DNA from: an uncultured delta proteobacterium
Lineage (GTDB): Bacteria > Myxococcota_A > Polyangia > Fen-1088
Assembly (NCBI GenBank): GCA_963737265.1
Contig: CAVTRY010000006.1
Span: 1-64,000 of the forward strand
Length of the DNA: 64,000 bases
Reading direction: 5' to 3'
In this document: piece after piece, positions 9,690-20,473 of the stretch
How positions within the stretch are numbered: the first letter of the stretch is position 1
Layout: every line of letters begins with the position of its first letter
Notes under the pieces: generated by a model
Database searches by the model: none
Seen by the model: the letters and a program-made list of their open reading frames with translations, nothing else
What the model was told of the DNA's origin: nothing
Made by a program: the position numbers and the translations under genes

Positions 9690-10715
9690 ATGAAACGCCC
9701 AAAGAATGTCCTTGTCACCATGGGCGATCCCGCCGGGATTTCCGGCGAGGTGATTGTCAAGGCGCTGGCTGCCCTCGCGCGCCCCAAGACGCCTATCGCC
9801 AAGCAGGTGCGAGCGCTACTCGCGGCCCGGCCGGCCAACTTGTATGTGGCGGGCGACCACCACGTGCTGGCGCAGTCGGCGCGTGCGGTTCGCGCGGCCA
9901 TTGCCATCGACGTGGTCGAGGATTTTTCGCCCTCGACGCTAGCGCCCACGCGGTTGCGCCTGTTCAATCTTAGCGACATCGACATGGCGAGCTTTCGTTT
10001 TGGCACGCCTTCTTGCGGCCGTGAGCAGCTCCGCTACCTCGACTTCGCCATCGACAAGGCACGGCGAAAAATCGTCGCTGCCATCGTGACCGCGCCCATG
10101 ACCAAGGAAGCGGTGGCGAAGGTCGTGCCCGGCTTCGTTGGCCACACCGGCTACTTGGCCGAACAGCTCGGCGTGCACGACGAGCGCATGGCGTTTCTCA
10201 CGCCCGATTACATTCTCGCCCTGCAGACCACACATGTGCCGCTCGCCGATGTGGCGAAGACCCTCTCGCGGGCAGGCATCGCGACCACCATCGCGGTGCT
10301 GGCAGCGGCTGGGCGCAAGTACTACGGACGGAAGCTTCCGGTGGCGGTGCTCGGTCTCAATCCGCATGCCGGCGAGCACGGGCTTTTGGGCTCCGAGGAG
10401 GACAGGATCATTCTGCCGGCCATGGATAAGGCGCGCGGTCTTGGCTGGGCCTGCGATGGGCCGTTCCCGGCGGATTCGTTCTTCATCGCGCGTGTGAAGC
10501 GTTACAGACTGATCGTGGCCATGTACCACGACCAAGGTTTGGTGGCAGTGAAGCCGGCGTTTCCGCGCGTCTCGGTCAACGTCACGCTGGGGTTGCCCGT
10601 GGTGCGAACGTCCGTCGACCACGGCAGCGGCTACGACATCGCCGGCAAGGGAAAAGCCGACGAGACCAGCATGCTTTACGCCATCAAGGCCGCTTTGGAG
10701 TTGACCAAGTCTTGA
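9690..10715 (+). CDS. pdxA: 4-hydroxythreonine-4-phosphate dehydrogenase PdxA
   Basis: TMGDPAGI, GHT, GLNPHAGE, GPFPADS, AMYHDQGL, RTSVDHG. Confidence 0.95.
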   Translation: MKRPKNVLVTMGDPAGISGEVIVKALAALARPKTPIAKQVRALLAARPANLYVAGDHHVLAQSARAVRAAIAIDVVEDFSPSTLAPTRLRLFNLSDIDMASFRFGTPSCGREQLRYLDFAIDKARRKIVAAIVTAPMTKEAVAKVVPGFVGHTGYLAEQLGVHDERMAFLTPDYILALQTTHVPLADVAKTLSRAGIATTIAVLAAAGRKYYGRKLPVAVLGLNPHAGEHGLLGSEEDRIILPAMDKARGLGWACDGPFPADSFFIARVKRYRLIVAMYHDQGLVAVKPAFPRVSVNVTLGLPVVRTSVDHGSGYDIAGKGKADETSMLYAIKAALELTKS

Positions 10716-11074
10716 GACCGCGCCGTTCGCGCCGCGCGGGCCCGCCAACAGTATTCGCGCAACATGCGCCGGTGCAGGTTCGCCATCTGGGTGAAGCGCA
10801 CGCCGAAACCATAAAAGTAGTCATCCAGGCTGTCGCGGCAAGTTTCGCCGGCGGCCCAGATCGTCTCGCCCAAGGTGGGGAGACCGAACTCAAGTCCAAC
10901 TGGCGTGCGCGGCGGATAGGGGTGCTGAATCAGAGCATTCAGGTAGAGGCCACTTTCGCTGATGTCGAGAGTGACCGCCCGCTTGGGCTGATCGAGGAGG
11001 TAGGCGCTGATGTACATCTCGAGCGGGATACGAGCGTCGAAGCGCCGATTATCGAAAAGTGAGTTGTGAGTCAT
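10676..11074 (-). CDS. PilZ domain protein
   Basis: RRFDAR (RxxxR), DISESG and FGVRF motifs. Confidence 0.85.
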   Translation of the reverse strand: MTHNSLFDNRRFDARIPLEMYISAYLLDQPKRAVTLDISESGLYLNALIQHPYPPRTPVGLEFGLPTLGETIWAAGETCRDSLDDYFYGFGVRFTQMANLHRRMLREYCWRARAARTARSQDLVNSKAALMA

Positions 11075-11087
11075 GGCGGCCCTCAAG

Positions 11088-11114
11088 GTGGTTTAATGTA
11101 GGATATTAAACCAC
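11088..11114. promoter_or_regulatory. AT-rich palindrome upstream of the PilZ gene (candidate operator or hairpin)
   Basis: GTGGTTTAAT-N7-ATTAAACCAC, perfect 10-bp arms, in a divergent intergenic region. Confidence 0.5.
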
Positions 11115-11293
11115 AGAGTGCTACACGTCAAATGGTCTATCGTTTCAGGCTAGGCAGACCCGGAAACGAAGTTACCAACATCAACCGCTGCTGGTGCGCG
11201 GCATGTTCTGCGACGATGCGCGACCGGCCAGGGTCCGACCAGGGTCCGCTAGCAAAGTGTTCTTCGTGTGGCGAGTGGTGGATAATAGCCGCC

Positions 11294-12331
11294 ATGCAAG
11301 CCATGATTCTTGCTGCTGGCCGCTCCACGCGTTTGGGATCCATCGGTCTGGCGTTGCCTAAACCGCTACTGCCTATTTGCGGTTATCCCGCCATCACGTA
11401 CGGCATCGAGCTCTGCCGTCAAGCCGGTCTCACCGACATCGTGATCAATCTTCACCATCACGGCGACAAGATTGGACAGACCTTGGGCGACGGTTCGCGT
11501 TTTGGCGTCCGCCTGCGCTACTCCTCTGAGGAGGAACTGCTCGGCACCGGGGGTGGTTTGTGGAAGGCGCGCTATCTCTTTTCGCCCGGGCCGGTGCTGG
11601 TCATGAACGGCAAGGTTGCCGCGGATTTCGATTTGCGCGCGGTGATGGACGCGCACGGCAATGCCCCGGAGGGCACGGTGGCCACCATGGTGGTGCGCGA
11701 AGATCCGAATCCGGAGCTTTGGGCTCCGATTGGCGTGGATGGCACCGGCGCGGTGGTGAGCATCAGGGGCAAGCGAGCCGACGGAGCCGCACGTGGGCAA
11801 GTGCTGCCGCGCATGTTCACTGGCATCCACGTCGTCGAAATGGGCTTACTCGATCGGCTGCCCGAGGGAGTGTCCGACGTCATCGGCGACGCCTACATTC
11901 CCGCGCTGCTCGCGGGCAACCGCGTTGGATCCGTCACCATGAAAGGCTACTTCGCCGAGCACTCGACGGCGGAGCGCTACCTGGCGGGCAACCTGGCGCT
12001 GCTGCAAGACCCGGTGTTGCTGCCGCACCCACCCGGACCGCTGATGGGTGTGGATGCGGGGGCCGAGGTGGATGCGGGCGCGCACATCCGGGCCCCGGTG
12101 CGGATTGCCGCCGGCGCGGTGGTCGAGGCCGGTGCGATCGTCGGTCCTCTCGCCGTGCTGTGCGGTGGCGCGCGGGTGGCGGCCGGCGCCGAGATCTCGC
12201 GCAGCGTGGTTTGGCCTGGCACCACCGCCAGCGGAAAACACGAGGGCTCCGTGATCACGCCCGGCGGCGTCTACATGGCCGAAACCACTCCCGAGCCCGT
12301 CTTGGTCCGGCCGTCGCGCGGAGTTGAATAG
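11294..12331 (+). CDS. NDP-sugar pyrophosphorylase family nucleotidyltransferase with left-handed beta-helix C-terminus
   Basis: AMILAAGRSTRL...LPKPLLPI, EEELLGTGGGL, hexapeptide repeats. Confidence 0.9.
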   Translation: MQAMILAAGRSTRLGSIGLALPKPLLPICGYPAITYGIELCRQAGLTDIVINLHHHGDKIGQTLGDGSRFGVRLRYSSEEELLGTGGGLWKARYLFSPGPVLVMNGKVAADFDLRAVMDAHGNAPEGTVATMVVREDPNPELWAPIGVDGTGAVVSIRGKRADGAARGQVLPRMFTGIHVVEMGLLDRLPEGVSDVIGDAYIPALLAGNRVGSVTMKGYFAEHSTAERYLAGNLALLQDPVLLPHPPGPLMGVDAGAEVDAGAHIRAPVRIAAGAVVEAGAIVGPLAVLCGGARVAAGAEISRSVVWPGTTASGKHEGSVITPGGVYMAETTPEPVLVRPSRGVE

Positions 12332-12336
12332 ACGGG

Positions 12337-12843
12337 TCAGTGTCCGCCGCAGCCGGAGCACGAGGCGCAGTCGTGGTCGCCGTGGCCACTGCCGTGCATG
12401 TCTTCTTTCGTGGCCGCGCGCACGCCGACCACCTTGACGTCGAAATTCAACGTCGCGCCGGCGAGCGGGTGGTTCCCGTCGACGGTGATGGTGTCCGCGT
12501 CGGTGGCCACGACCGTGAGCACGCGCGCGCCGCGCGGTCCGTGCGAGCGGAAGTGCATGCCGACCTCGATGTCGCCTTCGGGAAACTCATCGCGCGAGAG
12601 TTTTTCCACCAGGCCCTCTTCACGCACACCGTAGGCGCTTTCGGGACCGATCGTCACCTTGACCTGGTCGCCCTCGGACTTGCCCAAGAGTGCTTGTTCG
12701 AGGCCGGGAACGATGGTGCCGGAACCGTGCAGGTAGGAAAGCGGCTCGTTGTTGTCCGGTCCCTGCGAAGAATCCAGAACCGTGCCGGTGGCATCGGTCA
12801 GCGTGTAGTGAATCGTCACGACGGTTTGATCGGCTATCTGCAT
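12337..12843 (-). CDS. slyD: FKBP-type peptidyl-prolyl isomerase SlyD
   Basis: VVTIHYTL, YLHG...IVPGLE, DGNHPLAG.TLNFDV, His/Cys-rich tail. Confidence 0.93.
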   Translation of the reverse strand: MQIADQTVVTIHYTLTDATGTVLDSSQGPDNNEPLSYLHGSGTIVPGLEQALLGKSEGDQVKVTIGPESAYGVREEGLVEKLSRDEFPEGDIEVGMHFRSHGPRGARVLTVVATDADTITVDGNHPLAGATLNFDVKVVGVRAATKEDMHGSGHGDHDCASCSGCGGH

Positions 12844-12915
12844 GGGCGTTCCTTCCGGGCGGGTGGACCTACTAGCATACTTCTATCCTTCTTGGCTGAC
12901 CACTCGAGCCACCCT

Positions 12916-13893
12916 TCAGTACACGCGGCCCGCGAGCGGCTGACCGCGCAGGAAACGGTCGAGGTTGGAGAGGAAAAGCGCTACCAATCGGTCGTATTCA
13001 TCCGCGTGTCCGCCAGCCACGTGCGGGGTGAGAAAGCAGTTCGGCTCGGACCACAGCGGGTGTTCGGGCGGCAACGGTTCGGGCGAAGTGACGTCGAGGT
13101 AGGCCGCGCGCAGGTGGCCACGCAGGGCCGCCAGCAGAGCGGTTTGTTCCACGGTGGTGCCGCGCCCAATATTGATAAATGTTGCCCCGCGTTTTACGGC
13201 GACGAATTTCGCCCCATCGAAAAAGCCCGCCGTTTCGGTCGCTGCCGGCAGAATGTCGATGACGTAGTCGGCGCGAGGCAGCCAACTGTCGATATCGGCC
13301 ATCGGCCTCACCTCGATGGGTTCGTCGCCGCGCGGACGACGGCGGAAGCCAACGACCTGCAACTCGAACGGCGCCAACAACTGAACCAGGCGTTTGGCGA
13401 TGGCGCCGTATCCGACGAGCAACACGGTCTGGCCCTTGAGCAGGAAGGAAGCCGCCCGAGTGGGCTGAGTGTTCCAAGCATGGCTCGTCGTCTGGTCGCG
13501 CATCGAACGAGGCAGTTGCCGGGCATCGGCCAGCATATAGGCAAGCGCATGCTGGGCGCAGGGCTCGTCGTAGATCGAGGAGCTGACGCTGACTGGAATG
13601 CCGCGGGCAATGAGTGCGGAGCGAGCGTCAGCACCGGCGAACGTCGTGTATCCCGCGCTCGCCAAATGCACCCACAGCAGTCGGGCGGAAGTCACGCACT
13701 GGTCCGCCTCGGGCTGGCCAAAAACAACGTCTGCTTCGGGCACGAAGGGATCGGGGTGTCCGAGGGGCTGATTGTACTCGGGCATCTCCACGGCGCGTAC
13801 CAGATGGTGCGGGCCGAGCCCGGCCCGCAGCGTCGCGAGCGCCCGTTCGGTCAGACGCAGGTTGCACCAGACTGTGAGTGTCGCCGAGGTCAT
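12916..13893 (-). CDS. D-2-hydroxyacid dehydrogenase family protein
   Basis: VGYGAIA, FINIGRG, AYLDVTSPEPLP..HPLW, TPHVAG. Confidence 0.92.
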   Translation of the reverse strand: MTSATLTVWCNLRLTERALATLRAGLGPHHLVRAVEMPEYNQPLGHPDPFVPEADVVFGQPEADQCVTSARLLWVHLASAGYTTFAGADARSALIARGIPVSVSSSIYDEPCAQHALAYMLADARQLPRSMRDQTTSHAWNTQPTRAASFLLKGQTVLLVGYGAIAKRLVQLLAPFELQVVGFRRRPRGDEPIEVRPMADIDSWLPRADYVIDILPAATETAGFFDGAKFVAVKRGATFINIGRGTTVEQTALLAALRGHLRAAYLDVTSPEPLPPEHPLWSEPNCFLTPHVAGGHADEYDRLVALFLSNLDRFLRGQPLAGRVY

Positions 13894-13943
13894 GGCGCCA
13901 CTATACCTGCCTCCGGTCGTCGGGTCGAAGTGGGGCGGAGCCC

Positions 13944-15875
13944 TTAGTTCAGCGAAAGTTGCTGGCGGCGGCAATAGTCGAGAAGAACAAAGGGCGCCCA
14001 TACCCGCGACCAGTACAATCCTGGCGCGCCGGAGCGAAAGGCCCTCCACAGGCGCGCCAGGGTGTCGGGATTCAACCCGACACTTTCAACCAGCGCGTGG
14101 TCGGCGAAGAGGGCGTCGATCAAACAAGACAGCTCGTTCTTCGCCCACACCTCGATAGGCAGAACGAAACCCGATTTGGGGCGGGCGAAGAGCGCCGGGT
14201 CGAGCGACGGCATGGCCAGCGTCTTGAGCAGTTGCTTTCGCCCAAGCGGCGAGAAGCGAGCGCCGTCAGGGATCGCTTCGGCGGCCTCGACGACTGCGTG
14301 ATCGAGGAGGGGTACGCGCAACTCCAACGAGGTCGCCATGCTGGCGACGTCCGAGTCTCGCAGCAACCTTTCGCCAATAAACAGCGCGAGCTCCATTCGT
14401 GCCACGGCCGCCAGGCGCGTTCCCGATTTGAGCGTGGCGGCGATCTCTTGTGCGCGTTCTGGCGGCAACCCGGAAGGCGCCAAGTCCAGCATGGACGGCC
14501 TGGCCAGCTCGCCAAGAAAATCTCTGGTAAAGAGCCCGTGCATCACCTGATAGAGGCTCACGTCGTCGCCCCTCGTGTTGATCAGATCGGCGGACTTTCC
14601 CCAACGACTTTGCGGAGCAACCTCGCCGCCCTTGCCGGCACTCACCCGCATGATCACGCTGGCCACCAGGCGGGCAAGCGCGGGGGACAGGAAGCGGGCG
14701 ACTTGACCGAGGCGGTGGCTCTTGGGAAAGTCGCGAAAGCTGGAATAGCCACCGAACAGCTCGTCGCCTCCTGTTCCGGCCAATGCCACCGTCAAACCCG
14801 CCTCGCGTACGACGTGGCTCACGAAATAGGTGTTCATGGCGTCGAAGGTCGGCTGATCCAGGCCCCGCAACGCCTCGTCCAGGCGAGCGCGAAAATCTGC
14901 TTGCGTCAGCGTGAATTCCGCGTGCTCGGTACCGAGAGCTTCCGCCACCTTGCGTGCGTACACGGACTCGTCGAAGCCTGCTTCCTCGAACTTGATGTGG
15001 AAGGTCCTGACGGGTTGGGTTCCGACCCGAGCCGCGAGCGCGGCCACGGCGCTCGAATCCACGCCCCCCGATAGGAACACGCCAAGTGGAACGTCGCTGA
15101 CCAAGTGCTGGCGCGCGGCCGTGAGGAGTTCGTGCTCGAGCGCCGCCACCGCGTCTTTGCGGGGCAGCGTAGGCCGGTTCCCGAGCGACCAATACCGACA
15201 CGGGCATACCTGTGGATCGTCGGCGGAAATGCTTAGCGAAGTTCCCGAGGGTAGGAGCGACACTCCCTCGACGATGGTCGATGGCCCCACCACGAATCCG
15301 TTCCACAGATAGGTCGCGACACCGCGAGGATCGAGCCGCCGCGGCACGAGGCCGCTCGCGATCAGAGCGCGAACTTCAGAGCCGAAAAGCAGCACGTTGC
15401 CAGCTGAACGCCGCACGATGGTGTAGTACAGCGGTTTGATTCCCAGTCTATCCCGCGCCAAGAAGGCTTGGCGCCTGCCAGCATCCCACACGGCGAAGGC
15501 GAACATGCCGCGCAATCGGGTAACCATCGCCTCGCCCCAGCGTCCGTAGGCGCGCAAGAGTACCTCGGCGTCTCCGGTCGAACGAAACGTCTCGCCTTGG
15601 GCGACGAGATCGGCGCGCAATTCAGCGAAATTGTATATCTCGCCGTTGAAGACGAGCACGTTCCCGCGCCGTTCGTCGACCATGGGCTGGTGACCGTTGG
15701 GTGAAAGGTCGAGGACGGCGAGGCGGCGAAAACCCAGAATCGCGCCCGGTCCCGATGCCGTGGTGAACAGTCCCTCGCCGTTGGGACCGCGGTGGACCTG
15801 GGCATCCATCATCGCTCGCACGCTGGTTTCGAGGCTAGGATCGATGGCGCCCACAGCGCCGGCAATACCGCACAT
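13944..15875 (-). CDS. asnB: Asparagine synthase (glutamine-hydrolysing) family amidotransferase
   Basis: MCGIAG, HRGP, FNGEIYN, RDRLGIKPLY, FLSGGVDSS, GTGGDELFGGY. Confidence 0.95.
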   Translation of the reverse strand: MCGIAGAVGAIDPSLETSVRAMMDAQVHRGPNGEGLFTTASGPGAILGFRRLAVLDLSPNGHQPMVDERRGNVLVFNGEIYNFAELRADLVAQGETFRSTGDAEVLLRAYGRWGEAMVTRLRGMFAFAVWDAGRRQAFLARDRLGIKPLYYTIVRRSAGNVLLFGSEVRALIASGLVPRRLDPRGVATYLWNGFVVGPSTIVEGVSLLPSGTSLSISADDPQVCPCRYWSLGNRPTLPRKDAVAALEHELLTAARQHLVSDVPLGVFLSGGVDSSAVAALAARVGTQPVRTFHIKFEEAGFDESVYARKVAEALGTEHAEFTLTQADFRARLDEALRGLDQPTFDAMNTYFVSHVVREAGLTVALAGTGGDELFGGYSSFRDFPKSHRLGQVARFLSPALARLVASVIMRVSAGKGGEVAPQSRWGKSADLINTRGDDVSLYQVMHGLFTRDFLGELARPSMLDLAPSGLPPERAQEIAATLKSGTRLAAVARMELALFIGERLLRDSDVASMATSLELRVPLLDHAVVEAAEAIPDGARFSPLGRKQLLKTLAMPSLDPALFARPKSGFVLPIEVWAKNELSCLIDALFADHALVESVGLNPDTLARLWRAFRSGAPGLYWSRVWAPFVLLDYCRRQQLSLN

Positions 15876-15964
15876 AGATCCAGCATATAGGACCTAGCGG
15901 TCAAATATTGCAACGCGCGTGTACGAAAAGAGCTCGCACACGACGCGAGGTTGACTGCCGCGAG

Positions 15965-17420
15965 CTATCGAGATCGGGCGACAGAAAGAGATGGGCCGGA
16001 GGTTGGCGCATCGGTTAACGACGCGACGCCGAGCCCGACGCCAACAGGCCCTTGCGGGGGTGCTTTGGACCTCGTCCCCAGGTCCCGTAGCTGACGCGTT
16101 AACACACCCGCGACGAGGTAAACGTAGACGCTCCAGAGGCCATTGGGGATCAGATCCACTGCCACAAGTGCCACAATTAGCGCCAGGCCGGTCAGGTTTT
16201 GTCGCTCGCGCTCATCCGCACAGTTGCGCAAGCGGGGGCGCGCCCACACGACAGGCCAAAACAGAGCTCCAAAAGCGACGAGAAAGCCGACCGCTCCAGC
16301 GATGCCCAGCTCGATAATCCAGAGCCCGTCAGTGACGGTCATGTCCCGTCCTTCGGCGTCAAAGACACGGTTACGACCGTAGGTTCCCCACCCAAAAAGA
16401 ATTCGCTCGCGAGCGTGGGCCAGCAAGAGATCTTCATTCTTGAAACGATACTCAAGGGAATCGGCCCGATCCTTCTGAAGTGCGCCGGCAGCGTCCAGAA
16501 ATTCGGACACGGGAAATACGTCTGAGGCGCGCAGCAGCGGATAGGCGATGGTCCCCACGGCCAAGACGGTTGCCAACCAGTAACTGCCGCTTCGAACGAT
16601 TCATCGAGATAAACAGAATGCCGACAAGAACCATGACTATCGCACCGGTGCTCCTGCACAAAACAACAATTACAGCGTTGTACCAAGCCAGAAGACGCAC
16701 TGGTAGGCCGAGCAACGTGCGTCGGCTTTTTGCCAAGACGAAAAGCGCCAGGGTCGTGACCATGAAAAAGCGAGCTAGCGCCAGCCCGTGCGCCATGAAA
16801 ACCGTGGGACGATATCCTCCCCATCGTATCGTCTGGAGAAACTCCCCGGTTGAGTAGCCGTAGATCCAGTTGTTGAACTGAGGACTCATGCGCATCTCAA
16901 CGATCGCGAACGGGCAATAGATAAGCCCCGCGATTCCTAGACCGGCGAGTAGGTCTTCGACATCCTTTGGGCCACGAAAGATCGCATACCCGAGGTAGAA
17001 GGCCAGATAGCTTGGGAAGAGCTCGCTGACTCCTACGAACATCCCGTCCTTGAATGTCATGGCGGGAATCACAACTTCGCCCGCGGCTCCAAATGTCATC
17101 GCGTCGCCGTTGGTCCAGCCAGTGAAAGCCCCGCCCAAAAAGGCGAGAAACGTGAGGGCCAGAAACCACTTCTCTTTCGGTAACTTCGTGACCCTCCCGG
17201 GACAACGCAACAAGCAGCCGATCAGGATGCACAGGTAAGGAACGTTGAATTTGCCGAGCGGAGGAACCCAAGGGATATGGAATTCGGGGCCCACTGGAAG
17301 AAACATCTCGGCGCCCAAGATGACAATGAGGGTTGCCTTCAGGGGCGGAACGACAAAAAAGACCCCGATCATCAGGGGGATCGAGAGATATAGGACTATC
17401 TCGGCGATGGTGCTTGTCAC
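15965..17420 (-). CDS. O-antigen ligase/Wzy-like polysaccharide polymerase (frameshift near 16577)
   Basis: Multi-TM protein with EMRMSPQ, RWGGYRPTVFMAHGL, SLEYRFKNE, FGWG.YGRNRV and TDGLWII, split over two ORFs by one extra base. Confidence 0.8.
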
Positions 17421-17602
17421 TGCTCGAACTCGAAGGAGCTTGTCCGTGTCGTGGTGTTTGAAGGCTGTCGTCGCTCGGACCGACTCTATACCCTGCCGGG
17501 GCAGTGTATCAGCCGAGATCGCCCCTTGACGCCCCTATCGAGACTGTCATATTCGCACGCTCCGCGACGTTGTCAGACGGGACGGTGCCGAAAAGGTCCA
17601 AG

Positions 17603-18775
17603 ATGGCCAGTCGAGACTACATCGTGTTTGGCAAACCGAGCTTCGCCGAAGAGGAAATCGACGCGGTGGCGGCAACTTTGCGCAGCGGTTGGGCCGGCAC
17701 GGGTGCCCAGGTCCAGGAGTTCCAGCGCGCGTTCGCTGCTTACGTCGGCACTCGTCACGCGGTCGCGGTCGGCTCATGCACCGCTGCACTTCATCTGGCG
17801 CTGATCGCCGCCGGTCTCGTCGAGGGCGACGAGGTCATCACCACGCCGCTGACGTTCGCGGCCACGGCGAACGCCATCGTTCACTCCGGGGCGACGCCCG
17901 TCTTCGCCGACATCCGGCGGGACAGCATGAACATCGATCCCGAACAGGTCGAAAGACGAATTTCGTCGAGAACCCGAGCGATCCTTCCCGTGCACCTGGC
18001 CGGCCGGCCCTGCGAGATGGATGCCTTGCGCACTATCGCGCACCGCCATGGGCTCATGCTCATCGAGGACGCCGCGCACGCCATCGAAGCACGCTATCGC
18101 GGCGGCAAGATCGGCGCGCTCGGAGACGCGAGTTGCTTCAGCTTCTACGTGACCAAGAACATAACGACCGTCGAGGGCGGCATGCTGTGCACCAACCAGG
18201 ATGCCATCGCGAACAAGGCGCGGATTCTCTCCTTGCACGGGATGAGCGCGGACGCCTGGACGCGCTTCAGCGACGAGGGTCACAAACACTACGACGTCAT
18301 CTTAACGGGTTTCAAATACAACATGACCGACGTCCAGGCGGCCATTGGAATTCGCCAGCTGGCGAAGATCGAAGGCTGGCTTGGGCGACGTCGCGAGGTA
18401 TGGGCACGTTACGATCGAGAGTTTGCCGACCTGCCGTGCGTTCGCCCCGCGTCCGAGGACCCAGAAACGATTCACGCACGACACCTCTACACTTTGCTGA
18501 TCGACGAAGCCACCAGCGGAATCACGCGCGACCAGTTCCTGCAGACCTTGCATCGCGGTGGCGTCGGCTGCGGCGTCCACTACCGCGCGCTGCATGCCCA
18601 CCCCTATTACCGCCGGCGCTTCGGCTTTGAGCCGGATGATTTTCCCAACGCGTTTTACGTCGGAGAGCGCACGGTTTCGCTGCCCCTGTCGCCTCACCTG
18701 ACCGACGAACAGGTCGATCGTATTGTCGGGCTGGTTCGCTCAACCCTGAGCAAAGGCATCGAGTTGCGCAAGTGA
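17603..18775 (+). CDS. DegT/DnrJ/EryC1/StrS family sugar aminotransferase
   Basis: SCTAALHLAL, TFAATANA, IEDAAHA, FSFYVTKNITTVEGG. Confidence 0.95.
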   Translation: MASRDYIVFGKPSFAEEEIDAVAATLRSGWAGTGAQVQEFQRAFAAYVGTRHAVAVGSCTAALHLALIAAGLVEGDEVITTPLTFAATANAIVHSGATPVFADIRRDSMNIDPEQVERRISSRTRAILPVHLAGRPCEMDALRTIAHRHGLMLIEDAAHAIEARYRGGKIGALGDASCFSFYVTKNITTVEGGMLCTNQDAIANKARILSLHGMSADAWTRFSDEGHKHYDVILTGFKYNMTDVQAAIGIRQLAKIEGWLGRRREVWARYDREFADLPCVRPASEDPETIHARHLYTLLIDEATSGITRDQFLQTLHRGGVGCGVHYRALHAHPYYRRRFGFEPDDFPNAFYVGERTVSLPLSPHLTDEQVDRIVGLVRSTLSKGIELRK

Positions 18776-18895
18776 CGTCCCCAGACCGACGATCCGTTGC
18801 CGAACTTGACAGGAGTCACTATCGTGGCTAGGACTCCGGCGCACCTGGGGATAGAACGGCTGATCTGCTCTCCCTTCGGATGAAAGTTTGGTCAC

Positions 18896-20473
18896 GTGAG
18901 TCAAGAAGCAAATCCTCTCCACGGCACGAATGGCTCCGCGACAACGGCCCACGAGACGGCAACGGATCCCAACGGACACGGCGAGGGCTCGCACACCCTC
19001 AAGTCGAGAATGGCGCGCGGCTCGGCCTGGGCACTCGCCGGCTACGCGAGCAGTCAGGCGCTCCGACTAGTCAGCAATTTGATTCTGTGGCGCCTGCTCA
19101 ACGCAGAAGTCTTCGGAATTATGGCCATCATCAATGTCTTGATGCAAGGCCTCGGCATGTTCTCGGATGTCGGCATCGGCCCAGCCGTCGTACAACACGA
19201 ACGCGGCGACGATCCGATCTACCTAAACACTGCATGGACCATCCAGATCATTCGCGGATTCTGCCTTTTCCTGGTGGGCTGCATTCTCGCGGCGCCAGTG
19301 GCGGGTTTCTACAGACAACCCCAGCTTGCAGCCCTGATCCCGGTTGTAGCATTTGGCGCGGCCATCGCCGGGTTTAACTCTACTCGCCTCTTCACTCTGG
19401 CGCGCAAAGTAGCCCTCGGACGACTAACCGCGCTCGACCTGGGCTCGCAGATCGTTGGTCTCGTCGTGATGCTTATCGGGGCCTGGAGCAACCGGAGCAT
19501 CTGGGCAATCGTCGTCGGAGGTCTCGCATCGAACCTCGCGCGAGTGATTCTTAGCCACACGTTCCTTCCGGGGATCCGGAATCATCTTCGCTGGGATTCC
19601 ACCTGCGTCCGGAGCCTCCTACGGTTCGGACGATGGGTCTTCTTCAGCTCGCTGCTGTCCTTCATGGTGATGCAATCGGACCGACTCATCTTTGGAAAGC
19701 TGATCCCGCTCAGCCTGCTAGGCGTCTACAGCATTGCCCTGACGTGGGCCATGTTGCCGGCCGCGGTTTTCGAGCACGTGTTCAGATCCGTGTTATTCCC
19801 TCTGCTCAGCCGACTTCGCCAACAGGGCACCGACTTTTCCTCCGAGCTCCTCAAGGCGCGCACGCCGTGGCTGCTCCTTGGTGGCTGGAGCACGGCCTGC
19901 TTGATAAGCGGCGGTCCCACCCTGATCCGGCTGCTCTACGATGCTCGGGCGACGAGCGCGGGCTGGATCATTCAGGTTCTTGCGGCTGCAGCGTGGTTGA
20001 TGCTGCTCGAGAGCGCGAATGCGACATCGCTGCTTGCGCTGGGCGAGCCCATGCGGCTTGCCGCCGACAACGCGGCGAAACTGGTGGGTATGATCGTCTT
20101 CATCCCGCTCGGTTACGCTCGCCTTGGTTTCCCTGGGGCCGTGGCAGGATTCGCGGCCTCGGATCTACTGCGCTACGCGACCTCGGTGTACGGAGCGCGC
20201 AGGCACAAGGTCGCCTACTTGGGCCAAGATGTTTGGCTATCCGTCCTGGTGATCGCAACTACCGGCATGGGCGTGCTGGCAACTCGGTGGATCACGCCCT
20301 CCCTGCGTACCATCGCCTGGCACCCGGCCCGGCTGGGCGTCGTGCTCGAAGGATTGGTCATCACGCTGTTCGTGAGCATCGGCTGGGGTTGGGTCTACCT
20401 GCGCGAGCGGTCTCGGCGCCACAAGCAGCTCGGCCAGCCGTGCTTTCGCCCGTCAACCCGTTCGATGCTCTAA
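18896..20473 (+). CDS. Oligosaccharide flippase (Wzx-like)
   Basis: Multi-TM protein with FSDVGIGPAVVQ, LNTAWTIQIIRG, FGRW.F.SS and QSDRLIFGKL. Confidence 0.9.
   Translation: MSQEANPLHGTNGSATTAHETATDPNGHGEGSHTLKSRMARGSAWALAGYASSQALRLVSNLILWRLLNAEVFGIMAIINVLMQGLGMFSDVGIGPAVVQHERGDDPIYLNTAWTIQIIRGFCLFLVGCILAAPVAGFYRQPQLAALIPVVAFGAAIAGFNSTRLFTLARKVALGRLTALDLGSQIVGLVVMLIGAWSNRSIWAIVVGGLASNLARVILSHTFLPGIRNHLRWDSTCVRSLLRFGRWVFFSSLLSFMVMQSDRLIFGKLIPLSLLGVYSIALTWAMLPAAVFEHVFRSVLFPLLSRLRQQGTDFSSELLKARTPWLLLGGWSTACLISGGPTLIRLLYDARATSAGWIIQVLAAAAWLMLLESANATSLLALGEPMRLAADNAAKLVGMIVFIPLGYARLGFPGAVAGFAASDLLRYATSVYGARRHKVAYLGQDVWLSVLVIATTGMGVLATRWITPSLRTIAWHPARLGVVLEGLVITLFVSIGWGWVYLRERSRRHKQLGQPCFRPSTRSML

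Noticed and set aside
12340-13947. Long antisense or alternate-frame ORFs (also 33574-35301, 49762-51099, 53727-55139)
   Set aside because: Shadow ORFs expected at high GC, overlapping well-supported genes, with no recognisable motifs.
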